Shown: positions 26,591 to 37,718, numbered from the stretch's first letter. The stretch: 64,000 bases of DNA from an uncultured virus (IMG/VR IMGVR_UViG_3300025009_000009) (IMGVR_UViG_3300025009_000009:1-64000), one strand, 5' to 3'. The notes: generated by a model from the letters alone, not told the origin. Numbers and translations are program-made.

Positions 26591-29484
26591 TATTTATATG
26601 CTCTCGGTGTTGTTTGTTCGTTGTAAGTTACTGAATATCCAATAATACCAAACTTCTCTCTGGCTACGTTATGTTCAAATTTCAAATATATATAACGACA
26701 TCTTTGTTTATTTCTAGGCACATACGTTCTAAATGGTCTTTCTCCACCATCACCACCATAAACATACTCACCATATGTTTGAGTACCATAATCACCATTA
26801 CCTTCTGCTTCAAATTCAATACCTTCTAAATGAGCACTTATATCACTTCTAAAAGACATAGTACCATATGTAAAGTTATATTGATCAAACATTAACGTTG
26901 ATTCTCTAAATTGTTTCATTAATGATGAATCACCTAAAGTTTCCGCGGAATATTGCGTTTCAGTACTTATACCATTGAATATAATACAATCACCAACTAG
27001 AATTGGTATTTCGTTATAAAGAATAACTTTACCTAAAGAAAATATTACATCTTTAATAACGGCTTCGTAAGTTATAGCTGTTGTATATTTTTCATAGTTA
27101 GTAAAGGCAATACCAGTTGATGTATTTAGTTCGTCTACAAGAAGATTAAACCCATCTCTAAGGTCTTCTATATCGTTACTACCAGAATAACTAGTATAAG
27201 TTTGTAGAACGTCATCTAGGGCTATTTTTGACACTAATGCTTGTAGTCTACCACCTAGATCATTACCTGTTGATAATTTCAATTCGGTATAGTAATCTGA
27301 ATCATCTAACATCCAATCTTTATCTAACTGATTTAATAATCGATTAAATCTAACAATAGTAATATATTGTATTTGATATAATACATCATGAATGTTAACA
27401 TTAAGTATGTTACTTGGAAAAATTATATCACTTCTAATTGTTGATGGTGATAATGTTTTTTCATATTCTCTATCAGCATAGTCTGTTCTTTCAAAGTTTT
27501 TTCTTTCAATTTCTATCTGGTTAATATCTGATGGACCTAAATAAAGTCTATCATTACCACTATTTACAATACCACAAGTTTTACTCATTATCCAACGAGT
27601 CCAAGTCCTTGTAAATACGTTAAAACGATAACATTGTGTTGCTGTTGTATCTGTTGGTAATGTTGGTAAAAACAATAGATAAGCTCTATCACTTTCATAA
27701 GTTATACCAAAAGACTTCTTAGAGAAATTAGGAAAATTACTAGATGTTGGTTTTAGTATTAAGTCTTCTATCTTTCTAGAAATAATACTAACAGCACCAT
27801 CAGTAACGGTAACAACACCTTGACTTGTTAACATATATATTTGATTATTCAATACTTGAGCTGTGTCAGCAGCTATTAATGGACTAGATGAGTCTGTTAA
27901 TGTAACAACGAAAGTATCTGGAGTAGTTCCAGTTAATCTATATATACCATCAGTCTTAAGAATAAATAAAGATTCTCTTAAAGACATAACTCTTAGAATT
28001 GGTTTATCTTTAGATCCAATAGCTATGTAATTTAATATTGGAACAGATTCAGGTTGTTCTGCTTTTGAATAATAAATCCTATTAGGATTAACTTCATTAT
28101 CAGACTTAACTGATGAAGTAAATGGTGTTGATGGAACTACCAAGGGTATTTTAGGACTAATATCATTACCAGAAGCTTCTATATTTGTTCCTAAATAAAA
28201 TGGTATGTTAGCCATAACTCTTTTTTCTAACATCAATTGACCTGGAAGATCATTTGGTCCAGAAAGATAGAAAGCATATACTCTAGATGATTGATTACGA
28301 TTAATTACTTTAATCAAAGAATTAACCGTATCGTCTATATTTTGTGAAGGTGTACCAGCTTTAGCTAAAGCAAACTTTTTATTTGGTATATCCTCAACTG
28401 TTGAAGCTTCATAAGTTTCATAACCACTTATATCACCAATATAAAGTTTAGTTGGTCCACCCACATCACCTTCATCTTTAAAATCATCAACAGCTAAAAC
28501 ATCAAAAAATAAACGATGTAACGTTGATGTATTTGCATAAAAGACATAACTTTGATATTTAGTTACATCTTTAGCTAATGGTGGTCTATCATTTGAAGAA
28601 TTTATTCCTTCTCCTGATATTGGATTTGTATATAAAGTAGTTCCAGAAGCTCTAAAATCTTCAGAAACTAAATCAGTAGCAGTTACATAACCATTACTAA
28701 AATCTGTTGAAGTTGGATAATCTTCAAACACTAAATTCATTTCATCTTCTGGAACATTTAAAATAGCACCAACCATGTTATCTTTTTGTACATCTCTATA
28801 GACTTGGTATCCATAGTTGTTTTCAGAAGTTATTGTGTACGCATCAATTATTTCGGTTGGTATTGTAAATGTTAAAGTTGTTGCTTTTGAAGCACCTGAA
28901 GTATTTCTTATTATTCCTATCTGTCCCGGAGATCCTATTTTTAAATTACCATTAACATCTTTTCTAAACCAAACAACTCTATAAGCTGTCATCTTATTGT
29001 TTTCTAACCAATCTGTAGAGGCGTTTAACTCTATTTGTATATCTAACGCTTTAGGAACACCAGCACTAACTATATAACCTGGATCTGTTGTTAATTCTGT
29101 AGCTTCCAATGCTGATATTACTTTGATTCCTTCATTTGTTGTAAAATATAAATTACCATTAGATTCAACACTCTTTATTCTAAGTCCTGATTCTAATTCT
29201 GTATATGTTCCTGAGAATTCAGAAAAAGCACCACTACCATCATCAAACAATAATTTAGTAGCGTAGTGTATTAGTATTCTACCTTTATATTGTAATAGTT
29301 GTTTAGAGACATCCGATGCTGTTCCAAAAGAATCACCATATATTTTCATACCTCTACGAGGTTCAATAACACCATCTTTATCTATTACTATATTATTAGC
29401 TTGAACTAATGCACCATCTTCCAGTGTTAATTCATTTTTAAATGAATGTAATCCCAATGCTGCATTTACTGTTTTTTGTGGCAT
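26590..29484 (-). CDS. Tail tubular protein B / nozzle-like protein
   Basis: ANNIVIDKDGVIEPRRG start, beta-propeller-like RIYYS..PE; size and position. Confidence 0.7.
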   Translation of the reverse strand: MPQKTVNAALGLHSFKNELTLEDGALVQANNIVIDKDGVIEPRRGMKIYGDSFGTASDVSKQLLQYKGRILIHYATKLLFDDGSGAFSEFSGTYTELESGLRIKSVESNGNLYFTTNEGIKVISALEATELTTDPGYIVSAGVPKALDIQIELNASTDWLENNKMTAYRVVWFRKDVNGNLKIGSPGQIGIIRNTSGASKATTLTFTIPTEIIDAYTITSENNYGYQVYRDVQKDNMVGAILNVPEDEMNLVFEDYPTSTDFSNGYVTATDLVSEDFRASGTTLYTNPISGEGINSSNDRPPLAKDVTKYQSYVFYANTSTLHRLFFDVLAVDDFKDEGDVGGPTKLYIGDISGYETYEASTVEDIPNKKFALAKAGTPSQNIDDTVNSLIKVINRNQSSRVYAFYLSGPNDLPGQLMLEKRVMANIPFYLGTNIEASGNDISPKIPLVVPSTPFTSSVKSDNEVNPNRIYYSKAEQPESVPILNYIAIGSKDKPILRVMSLRESLFILKTDGIYRLTGTTPDTFVVTLTDSSSPLIAADTAQVLNNQIYMLTSQGVVTVTDGAVSIISRKIEDLILKPTSSNFPNFSKKSFGITYESDRAYLLFLPTLPTDTTATQCYRFNVFTRTWTRWIMSKTCGIVNSGNDRLYLGPSDINQIEIERKNFERTDYADREYEKTLSPSTIRSDIIFPSNILNVNIHDVLYQIQYITIVRFNRLLNQLDKDWMLDDSDYYTELKLSTGNDLGGRLQALVSKIALDDVLQTYTSYSGSNDIEDLRDGFNLLVDELNTSTGIAFTNYEKYTTAITYEAVIKDVIFSLGKVILYNEIPILVGDCIIFNGISTETQYSAETLGDSSLMKQFRESTLMFDQYNFTYGTMSFRSDISAHLEGIEFEAEGNGDYGTQTYGEYVYGGDGGERPFRTYVPRNKQRCRYIYLKFEHNVAREKFGIIGYSVTYNEQTTPRAYK

Positions 29485-29493
29485 TTTTCATCC

Positions 29494-30483
29494 TTATATT
29501 GAACGTTTACCTTTTCTACCGATACCACTACTTCTTAAAATATTATGACGAGATTTAGCTTTGATTGGAGATCCTGATATTCTGTTGTCTAACATTAATC
29601 CGTTATTGTTCTCCATTTTTTCTAAACGTCTAGTAGCAACGGCTAAATTTTGAACATCACCATTAGCTTCTAAAACTAATGTTGCTGTCATTTGTGCTAA
29701 TAATGGGTGTAGTTCACTTGGACAATTAATTAGATCTGTTTCACCAGCTAATGATAATCTATCACCAATAGATAATCTTGGTGGTATGTTCTCGGGATCT
29801 AGTTGTATATATTTACCTGAAGTATTTATCGATATAATAGGAACATCAAAACTTATAATTTTATGAGGTGATTTTGTTCTGACGAAATCATATAAAGCTG
29901 TTGCTGAAAAATTAGTAGGTAAAGCTGTTTTATTTTCATCAGAATTAATTAAAGTTATAATACCGTTAGTTCTATCAATGTTTTGAATTATCGCAACTCT
30001 TTCATTTAATACTAAAGCGTTTGGTTTTATTAAATAGAAGAATAGTAAACCACCAATACCGTCTATATTATCTTCACTAGTGTGTATTACTAGATTCTCA
30101 CCTTCTATATAGTATCTAAAAACTCCATTATTACCATTATAATCAACTAATTCATCTGTTGATACTTGTATCATATCCTGTTTAGTTTCTTCATCATTTA
30201 TGTCACTAATATAAAACACTTCTTGAAATTTAGCTCCTATTGAACGATATGGTATTTCATATCGTTTTACACCAGCTTCTAATGGTATTATTTCTTGAAT
30301 ACGAAAATAGTTCTCTTGTTTTGATAAAATTAAAGGAATTAATGAGCTTGACATCTCATCGTTTGCTAATTTTAATATGTCATTATCATCTAGTAAATTT
30401 TGACTGTCTGGTATATTAGTACGTTTTTTTATACTATCTAATAATTCAATAGATGAATAATAGGATTTGTTTGCTGTAGACAT
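29494..30483 (-). CDS. Tail tubular protein A / adaptor-like protein
   Basis: ELLDSIKKR..ILKLANDE..PSELHPLL pattern; precedes nozzle. Confidence 0.65.
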   Translation of the reverse strand: MSTANKSYYSSIELLDSIKKRTNIPDSQNLLDDNDILKLANDEMSSSLIPLILSKQENYFRIQEIIPLEAGVKRYEIPYRSIGAKFQEVFYISDINDEETKQDMIQVSTDELVDYNGNNGVFRYYIEGENLVIHTSEDNIDGIGGLLFFYLIKPNALVLNERVAIIQNIDRTNGIITLINSDENKTALPTNFSATALYDFVRTKSPHKIISFDVPIISINTSGKYIQLDPENIPPRLSIGDRLSLAGETDLINCPSELHPLLAQMTATLVLEANGDVQNLAVATRRLEKMENNNGLMLDNRISGSPIKAKSRHNILRSSGIGRKGKRSI

Positions 30484-30497
30484 AGTACATCCTTATA

Positions 30498-30845
30498 TTA
30501 TTCTTTTAATTGAGAAGCTAATTCCATTAGTTTTTTAAGTTTAGCTAATTTATTATCTTTTCCTTCTTCCATTCCATCACATTCAGCTTCATCTTCTTTA
30601 CATTCTTCCATTTCTTCTTCACTTCCAACAATTTCTTTAGCTTTCTCTAGTCCTTCTTCTAATCCATCTTTATCTGGAGCGGCTACTGTTACTTTTTTCA
30701 TACCTTTTAATTCTTCACCACCAGCTTCATTCATGATAGAATCAATATCATCAAGCATTGACTCTTTAATCTTCTTAGATTTATCATCAACAAATTTACC
30801 TTCTTTTGCTTTCTTTCTTAGTAGATCTTTAAATTTTTCAATCAT
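30498..30845 (-). CDS. Acidic hypothetical protein
   Basis: ORF, AAGGAG RBS. Confidence 0.6.
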   Translation of the reverse strand: MIEKFKDLLRKKAKEGKFVDDKSKKIKESMLDDIDSIMNEAGGEELKGMKKVTVAAPDKDGLEEGLEKAKEIVGSEEEMEECKEDEAECDGMEEGKDNKLAKLKKLMELASQLKE

Positions 30846-31095
30846 TAGAAACTCCTTTATTTTTATTCTCTAAGTAAGTTTTAGTACCACTTATCAAATG
30901 TTCTGTTAAGTTTGCACCAAAAAAAGATACAGCACAAACCTTTAATAAATCAACTAGCTGAGCACCATCTATATAGTTACCAACTCTAAGTAAAACACTT
31001 AGTAGTGTTATTATTCCCATTATCCAAACTTTACGATAACCCATTAAAAAATCTAGTTTTAATCTAGATAACATATTAAACTCCAGTTGTCTCAC
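30838..31095 (-). CDS. Two-TM small protein (holin-like candidate)
   Basis: GYRK followed by two TM segments. Confidence 0.5.
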   Translation of the reverse strand: MRQLEFNMLSRLKLDFLMGYRKVWIMGIITLLSVLLRVGNYIDGAQLVDLLKVCAVSFFGANLTEHLISGTKTYLENKNKGVSND

Positions 31096-31471
31096 TTCTA
31101 AATTTAAAAGTTAGACTAACATAACCACTAACGTCAGGTGAAGTATATTGTACTTGACCACTAGATGTTATATCAAATTCTATACCACTATCATCACCTG
31201 TACTATTTACTGACATATACCAACCAGAATTATTTTGTACACCTATTAATTCAAATATTTCAAATTTATCACTAGTAGCTTGCAAATCAACACTAACTAT
31301 AGTTTTAAAAGATCTAACATCAGCATTAGCAAAAGCTAATCCTGTTACGTTAGTAAATGATGTTTGATTGTTGCTACCACTAAAAGACGTTTCTTCGATA
31401 TCACCTGTGCTAGGTGAAGATATAGACACTAATTTTGGTATTCCATTTACAAAATTTACAGCATATCCCAT
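31076..31471 (-). CDS. Virion beta-domain protein (paralogous domain)
   Basis: Shares GDxSGIxFDxxxGQVxY with 38421-40025 and 40047-40715. Confidence 0.6.
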   Translation of the reverse strand: MGYAVNFVNGIPKLVSISSPSTGDIEETSFSGSNNQTSFTNVTGLAFANADVRSFKTIVSVDLQATSDKFEIFELIGVQNNSGWYMSVNSTGDDSGIEFDITSSGQVQYTSPDVSGYVSLTFKFRSETTGV

Positions 31472-31484
31472 TTTATATCCTTGT

Positions 31485-31516
31485 AAAAAGAAGAGAAGGA
31501 CTTCATGTCCTTCTCT
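31485..31516 (-). terminator. Intrinsic terminator
   Basis: AGAGAAGGAC/GTCCTTCTCT stem with U-tract on minus strand. Confidence 0.7.
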
Positions 31517-31531
31517 GCTTAATTATGTTAA

Positions 31532-33130
31532 TTAGATAGCTAATTCAAGATGTGGAGCAAGAACTATTTTACCAAGAGCACTAGCATGTCCAAGTAGTAC
31601 TATGTTTTTATCGGCTGGAGCAGTTTTAGTAGCATTTCCAGCAGTAGCAGAAAGATAAACACGTTTACCTAAATCAAAGTTTCCATCTTTAAGTACAGTA
31701 ACTTCACCAGCTACTTGTACTAGTCCAGAAGCTTCATCTGCTATTTCAGCAATAACAACACCAATAGTACCTTCACAAGTACTTAATGCGTCAGCATCAG
31801 CAAGAATGATTTCACCAGCAACAGTTTGACTTAAACAAACAACAGATCCTGCTGGTATAGCACTTCCTGTATTATTAGTTAATGTGATAGAAACAGATTG
31901 AACAGAACTACGTGCATCTAATTTAGCGATAGCACTTTCAATAGTATCGGTATTTGCTATAACGCCAGCAGAAGCAGCATATGCATCAGAAAGTCCAATA
32001 TCATTAGCTTCAAGTACAACGTCACCGGCTTGACCATTTACAGATGTAACTTCATCGCTAACATCCCATTTTTCCCAAGCACTACCATTGTAAGCTACTT
32101 TATCACCAGAAGCAAGAACTATACTACCTCCAAAAGCACCAAAATCATGTGTTCCTGCTGTTGTAACTCTATATAGAGCACCTTGTACTCTTGCAGCTTC
32201 TAAATCTAAATCTGGACTATTTGTAGTAGCATTATAAGTACCAGCATAGAACAATGGACTTGGTATAGATTCTACTTCAGTTTCCAAAGCTTGTAAAGCT
32301 GCTTTGATTGTTGAACTATCAGCAATAACTGATCCTGTAAATGTTCCTAAATGTTGAGCATTTTCAGCAACACCAGAAAGAGTTACTAAATCGTTAGCGT
32401 TAGCATCTATTTCTTCTTGAGCTGTTTCTAGAGCTTGTAGAGCAGCTTTGATTGTTTGATCATCAGCTATAGTAGATCCTGTGAATGATCCTAGATTATC
32501 AGAATCAACAGCTACACCAGAAAGTGTTACAAGATGTCCAACATCATCAGCAGCACCAGAAGCTACACCGGCAGTTGTTTCATGAGCACTTTCAATTGCT
32601 TGTAATGCGACTTTGATAGTTGAGCTATCAGCGATTGTGCTTCCAGTAAAAGCACCTAAGTGTTGTGCATTTTCTGCAACACCTGATAATGTAATTAAAT
32701 CATTAGCATTTACATCAACTTCTTCATGTGCTGTTTCTAATGCTTGTAATGCAGCTTTTACTGTAGAATTATCGACTATTGTTGATCCAGTAAATTCACC
32801 TAAATTCTCAGCATTAACGGCAACACCAGAAAGTATTACCAAATCACCAATAGCAGTTTCAGCAGTTCCTAAATCTGTATCTAATTTTTCAATACCTGAT
32901 TGAACAGTTACTTGTGTACGAACAGCAGTTAAACCTACTTGATCAGCACCTGAACTACCATCAACTACAGAAGCGATAAGAATTAACTTATCAGCAATAG
33001 CTCCAGTAATTTCAGCACTATTTGCACCTACTTTAATGGAACTTACTTTAAGTATGTCTGTACCACCATTTAGATCGACTTCTTTATGAAACCCATCTAT
33101 ATAACGAATTAATTTACTAATGTCTGTCAT
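31532..33130 (-). CDS. Fibre/decoration protein with four ~44-aa repeats
   Basis: LVTLSGVA..LGxFTGSTIAD..TIKAALQALE x4; C-terminal TNNTG domain. Confidence 0.65.
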   Translation of the reverse strand: MTDISKLIRYIDGFHKEVDLNGGTDILKVSSIKVGANSAEITGAIADKLILIASVVDGSSGADQVGLTAVRTQVTVQSGIEKLDTDLGTAETAIGDLVILSGVAVNAENLGEFTGSTIVDNSTVKAALQALETAHEEVDVNANDLITLSGVAENAQHLGAFTGSTIADSSTIKVALQAIESAHETTAGVASGAADDVGHLVTLSGVAVDSDNLGSFTGSTIADDQTIKAALQALETAQEEIDANANDLVTLSGVAENAQHLGTFTGSVIADSSTIKAALQALETEVESIPSPLFYAGTYNATTNSPDLDLEAARVQGALYRVTTAGTHDFGAFGGSIVLASGDKVAYNGSAWEKWDVSDEVTSVNGQAGDVVLEANDIGLSDAYAASAGVIANTDTIESAIAKLDARSSVQSVSITLTNNTGSAIPAGSVVCLSQTVAGEIILADADALSTCEGTIGVVIAEIADEASGLVQVAGEVTVLKDGNFDLGKRVYLSATAGNATKTAPADKNIVLLGHASALGKIVLAPHLELAI

Positions 33131-33158
33131 TTTTTAAATCTCCAAAAAATTGTTTATA

Positions 33159-33677
33159 TTATGCTTTTTTTACCAGTAAACGAGCAATAGCTCCTGCTCC
33201 TGGATCTGCTGACCATGTTAATGTAATTGCATCTACTGCCTGATTAAAAGATACTAAAGCTGTACTATTAGCTCCTGCTGTTTTTTGTGAACAAGCAAGA
33301 ATAACATCACCAGCAGCTAAACCAACAGCAGCAACACTTTCTACAGCACCACCACCAGCAGAAGCTGCGGTATCAATTACAACTAAATCTGCTATATCTA
33401 ATTTTAAAGCTAATGCATCAAATACTACATTTTGTGATGGAGCTTTAGTTGTAACTCCGTCAACTAATGCATCTTCTATATCAGAACTATTAGCTTTCAA
33501 TGCTAATGCATCAAATACTGCATTTTGTGAAGGTGCTTTATCAACAACAGCATTAACAATAGCATCTTCTATAACATCAGCAGCAGCATCTTCAGCAATA
33601 TCAGTAGCTTCAACTAAAACAGCATCGATAGCATCTTGTACGTTTTTTTCATCAATTCCTTTGTAATCTACACTCAT
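33159..33677 (-). CDS. Fibre/decoration protein
   Basis: KAPSQNxVFDALALK twice. Confidence 0.6.
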   Translation of the reverse strand: MSVDYKGIDEKNVQDAIDAVLVEATDIAEDAAADVIEDAIVNAVVDKAPSQNAVFDALALKANSSDIEDALVDGVTTKAPSQNVVFDALALKLDIADLVVIDTAASAGGGAVESVAAVGLAAGDVILACSQKTAGANSTALVSFNQAVDAITLTWSADPGAGAIARLLVKKA

Positions 33678-33692
33678 TATTATCTCCTTAGT

Positions 33693-33866
33693 TTATTCAT
33701 CAATTTTTTCAAATTGATATTGAAGTTTTACTTTTAAAGGCAATCCTGACATCTTTAAAAGTTTGTTAACTCTTGTTACTAATAATTTTAACATCTTAGC
33801 TACTTTCTTACCTACTTCCTGAGAAAGTTGTTGAATCTCTTCGTTACTTTTTGATTCTAAATCCAT
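33693..33866 (-). CDS. Small late protein (57 aa, not in ORF track)
   Basis: AGGAG RBS; MDLESKSNEEIQQLSQ...; downstream of late motif. Confidence 0.7.
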   Translation of the reverse strand: MDLESKSNEEIQQLSQEVGKKVAKMLKLLVTRVNKLLKMSGLPLKVKLQYQFEKIDE

Positions 33867-33936
33867 GAAATTGCTCCTATTTAATGTTTATCACCGTTTA
33901 TTATTCTTCCTAAATAACAGCTACGATAAATACTCA

Positions 33937-33952
33937 CATTAAAACTTGATAA
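33937..33952 (-). promoter_or_regulatory. Late-promoter-like motif
   Basis: TTATCAAGTTTTAATG. Confidence 0.65.
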
Positions 33953-33958
33953 AATGAA

Positions 33959-34936
33959 TTAACTTAATTGAATTATTACATCTGGATCTAGTATAATATC
34001 TTTATTTAAAGGATTATCTTGATTTTTAGAAACCACACCAACTTTTATAACGAAATCTCCAGAAACAAATCCATTAATACCAACTTGAGGTAAAACATTA
34101 GTTAAACCACCAGTTTTACTAACATATAGTATATCACCAAAACTAAAAGCTATTGATACGTTTTTTATAACTCTATCAGACTTAATTTCACCTTGTTCAC
34201 CATCTAAAGTGTCTGAAGCTAATAAACCAATAATACCAACACTATTTGATATAGAAACATCTATCAAATCCATATCACCATTAGTATTAACTCTAACTGG
34301 TGTATTCTCTAGAATAGTACTTCCTGTATTATTTTCTAGAAGTATAGGTGGTGTTTGATTCTGTATCTCTAATAGTTCTTGACTATTTTCCCATTTACCA
34401 CTAGTAAAGTTGAATTTAAGTATATCACTTTCATCAGGACTATATAAATCAACATCAGTTAAACTAGATAAAGAAGCACCAGCACTTACAGCTTTTAAAT
34501 CAATTTCATTTGTCGAAGCATTTCCTGTGATACTAATTGTAGAATCACTAGAAATAAAATTGAAGCTTCTTGTAGACAAATCATCCCCATTAGTACAGCC
34601 AATCTCTACCGATCCACCAATGGGACGTTTAAAAAAACTTGCAACAACTATTTTTGGTATTCCTGAAGCATTATAAACAGAACATCTAAAACGTATTAAC
34701 TCATATGAACTAATATCAACATAAGTGCTATCAACACCAATTATAGTATCGATAGTATCCCAATTAGATTGATTTTTTAGTTTTCCTTCTACAACAACAG
34801 CATTGATAATTCCTACATTTTCAGTTACAACTCTTAGTGAAGGCTGTTCGGCTAAGTCATAACCATCAGAACTACCAAGTATCCCTGTAGATCGAAAATC
34901 AATTTCTAAATTGAGTCTACGATCTGCTGTAGACAT
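33959..34936 (-). CDS. Virion structural protein
   Basis: LSSLTDV fibre motif; C-terminal ENNTG domain like 31532-33130. Confidence 0.6.
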   Translation of the reverse strand: MSTADRRLNLEIDFRSTGILGSSDGYDLAEQPSLRVVTENVGIINAVVVEGKLKNQSNWDTIDTIIGVDSTYVDISSYELIRFRCSVYNASGIPKIVVASFFKRPIGGSVEIGCTNGDDLSTRSFNFISSDSTISITGNASTNEIDLKAVSAGASLSSLTDVDLYSPDESDILKFNFTSGKWENSQELLEIQNQTPPILLENNTGSTILENTPVRVNTNGDMDLIDVSISNSVGIIGLLASDTLDGEQGEIKSDRVIKNVSIAFSFGDILYVSKTGGLTNVLPQVGINGFVSGDFVIKVGVVSKNQDNPLNKDIILDPDVIIQLS

Positions 34937-34953
34937 TTGTACCTCCTAATAAT

Positions 34954-35421
34954 TTATAAATTCTTAAATTCTTCGAATGTTAATGGACTTTCTGGTAAAA
35001 CTTGTTCTTGTGTTATATCTCTTAAGTACATTCTATAGTTCTTCATTAGTATTAATTCTTCTGATGTTATAGGGTAATCAGAAAGCATATACTTATCTGT
35101 AGATTGTAGTAGTACATTTCTTTTGTTTCTTAACTGTTCTATGTTATACTCATTAGTAATGTCTTCAATTGTGATAACATAATCAGCTTTGATTGTGTAT
35201 TCTGTATATATAACAGTTTCTCCTAGTATTTCTTCTGTTTTTTCTTCTTGACTAAGGATTCTAGAAAGAAGTTCTTCTGGGACTGTTCTTAGTTTACGTT
35301 CTGGTAAACCTATTACCTTTTCATCAATTTGTTGTTGTAACCAAGAGTCAATTCTTTCATCTTCAACTTTTGATGGATAGTATTTATTTGTTATTTCATT
35401 ATGTATTATTACTTTTTTCAT
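34954..35421 (-). CDS. Tail fibre assembly chaperone
   Basis: LRNKRNVLLQSTD..DYP..YRMYLRDIT. Confidence 0.75.
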   Translation of the reverse strand: MKKVIIHNEITNKYYPSKVEDERIDSWLQQQIDEKVIGLPERKLRTVPEELLSRILSQEEKTEEILGETVIYTEYTIKADYVITIEDITNEYNIEQLRNKRNVLLQSTDKYMLSDYPITSEELILMKNYRMYLRDITQEQVLPESPLTFEEFKNL

Positions 35422-35432
35422 ATATTATCCTT

Positions 35433-37718
35433 TTAATCAATATTAAAAATACTTAATCTAGTTCTACTATCACCTGAACTAACATTTAATGTTGAACCAT
35501 AATTGTGATATAATTGTAATTCAAAGTAGTCTCCAGTTACTCCGGTTAATATCCCTGAAACTCTCTGCATTTGGGGTATTGCTGGAGTTAAAAAATCCAT
35601 GTATCTTGGTGATGCTATTCCATTTTTAAGAACTTTCATTGATGCATTCGTTGGATTATTTTCAAGCCAAATCCAAACATCAATAAAAAAACTTCCATTT
35701 CTTTTCAATCTTATCTTTCCATCACTTTCAATCATTCCATGTGTGTCTTTTATTTTTGTTGGAAAAATAACAGTTGTAAATGTACCATCAATTAATGAAT
35801 TGCCACCTGTTGCAACATAATTAACTATTACTTTCTCACTCGCAGCTATTGTAGCTGGACCTGATTCTCTAATTATAAATATACCATTGGCACTGGCATT
35901 GGAACTTAGCGTACCTCCTACTCCCATTGTAATTTTTAACATATCTCCAACATTCAAAGGCAATGCTGTATTAAGGAAAAAATCTGTTTGATCTCCTAAT
36001 CTAAAGGACTTGACAATAGAATAAGATCCTCCGACAGGTTTGTATTGTAATTGTATAGTATCACTTGTCACAGCTGTATATTTTAATTGCGCTCCTATTC
36101 TATAATCGCCTGCAATTTGAGTTGTAAATTCTCCAGTAGAAGAATTATAAGAGGAGTGAGTATCCTTGACTTTTGTTTCATAAATTACAGTTCCACCAGA
36201 AGAAATTGTTTGTCCATTAGAACTAGAGTAAATTGTAGTGTTTACTCTTGTATCTGCTCCATCACTTAAAACTACATTAGAAGACCAACCAGCTACAGGA
36301 ATAAAATTAGTATGAAATCTATATTCAGTTGAATCTTCAAATTGTGCATTTCCATCTACAGCTTGACAAGCGTCTTGTGCCGAACCATTATTTCTAATAC
36401 CAAAAAACAAGGATTTATTAGAACCATTACTATATGTATTAATAATCCAATCAATATTTGAAGTACCATCTTTGTATAGAATTCCGATAGGTGTGTAGTC
36501 ACCATCAATCCCTATTTTATCAAAAGTTACACTAGTGTCTGTTATTTTAGCAGCGGTTGCTGTGCAAGTACCTGTAGTAAACCATCCCATATATTGAACG
36601 CTATCACCAACTCTTCTTTTATAAAATTTAGCAGATGATATTGTACCAAATCCCTCAGTTGTTGGTGTAAATTCTGTCCAATCTGTTGACGGAGTTCCAG
36701 TAACTACACCTTTACTATTAGCTACAACAACATTATCAAATATAAAATCAAAATTCAAAGCACTAGTAGTTGTAAAATGTATATACAATCTATAGTTTGT
36801 ACTAGTATTTGCGTTAGCTTGAAATTCTCCTTTATAACTTCCAGAACCATCAAATATATCTGGCGTTAAAGGAACTATAACATCGGCGTCTTGATCACTA
36901 ATAAAAGCTTTAACATCATTATTTACATAGCTAAAATTAGAAGTTACTTGATATAAAAAACTTAAGAAATGTGGTTTACTAGCATATCCTCTAGGAACAA
37001 CAAAGTCATAATAATAACCTTCACCTTGAACAGATGTTGATCCAGTTTTAGCAATTTTAAATGATGCTATACCATCTAAAACTTCACCAGCGGTTGTTGT
37101 TCTAGTTAAAGCTAAATTACCACTAGGTGCTCCTCCAGGAGTTATTTCTGGTGTTGCTGCTGATGTTGTGTTTTTATATGCTGTCCAACTAGTTGTATCA
37201 TATAACGCTTTACTATTTCTAATATAACTATCTTCTAAGTATTGACTAGTAAAAGTAGTACCATTATATTGTAATAAATCATAAGCAGCAGGACTACCAA
37301 CAACTAAATTATCAGTATCAATACTTTGAGTATTAATTGTTCCAAATATATATTTACCACCTACAGCTATCCATCTAGTAGTTCCACCATCGTTAGTACT
37401 TAATATAAAAGTATTATCATCAGTCTCAGAACTATTAGATTCATAACGATAGAATGATTCTGTTTCAACAACATAAATTAAATCAGGCTCAGAATAACCA
37501 GTAGCTGCTTCAGCTAATGCTACTGTTGTGAAAGTATCTAAACCTCCACCACCTCCACCCAATGATACCCAACTTGTGGTATCTAAATCATATCGCCAAT
37601 ATTCTTTAGCATAACTTCCTAATCCATCACTAGCCCATAACTGCATATCGACAGGATTTGATGGTGGATTGGTTGTTGGTTCAACTCGAATTCCTTTTTG
37701 ATAAGTTCTAATACTCAT
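35433..37718 (-). CDS. Tail fibre / receptor-binding protein with C1q-like C-terminal domains
   Basis: DTHSSYNSSTGEFT..AGDY; upstream of chaperone. Confidence 0.65.
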   Translation of the reverse strand: MSIRTYQKGIRVEPTTNPPSNPVDMQLWASDGLGSYAKEYWRYDLDTTSWVSLGGGGGGLDTFTTVALAEAATGYSEPDLIYVVETESFYRYESNSSETDDNTFILSTNDGGTTRWIAVGGKYIFGTINTQSIDTDNLVVGSPAAYDLLQYNGTTFTSQYLEDSYIRNSKALYDTTSWTAYKNTTSAATPEITPGGAPSGNLALTRTTTAGEVLDGIASFKIAKTGSTSVQGEGYYYDFVVPRGYASKPHFLSFLYQVTSNFSYVNNDVKAFISDQDADVIVPLTPDIFDGSGSYKGEFQANANTSTNYRLYIHFTTTSALNFDFIFDNVVVANSKGVVTGTPSTDWTEFTPTTEGFGTISSAKFYKRRVGDSVQYMGWFTTGTCTATAAKITDTSVTFDKIGIDGDYTPIGILYKDGTSNIDWIINTYSNGSNKSLFFGIRNNGSAQDACQAVDGNAQFEDSTEYRFHTNFIPVAGWSSNVVLSDGADTRVNTTIYSSSNGQTISSGGTVIYETKVKDTHSSYNSSTGEFTTQIAGDYRIGAQLKYTAVTSDTIQLQYKPVGGSYSIVKSFRLGDQTDFFLNTALPLNVGDMLKITMGVGGTLSSNASANGIFIIRESGPATIAASEKVIVNYVATGGNSLIDGTFTTVIFPTKIKDTHGMIESDGKIRLKRNGSFFIDVWIWLENNPTNASMKVLKNGIASPRYMDFLTPAIPQMQRVSGILTGVTGDYFELQLYHNYGSTLNVSSGDSRTRLSIFNID

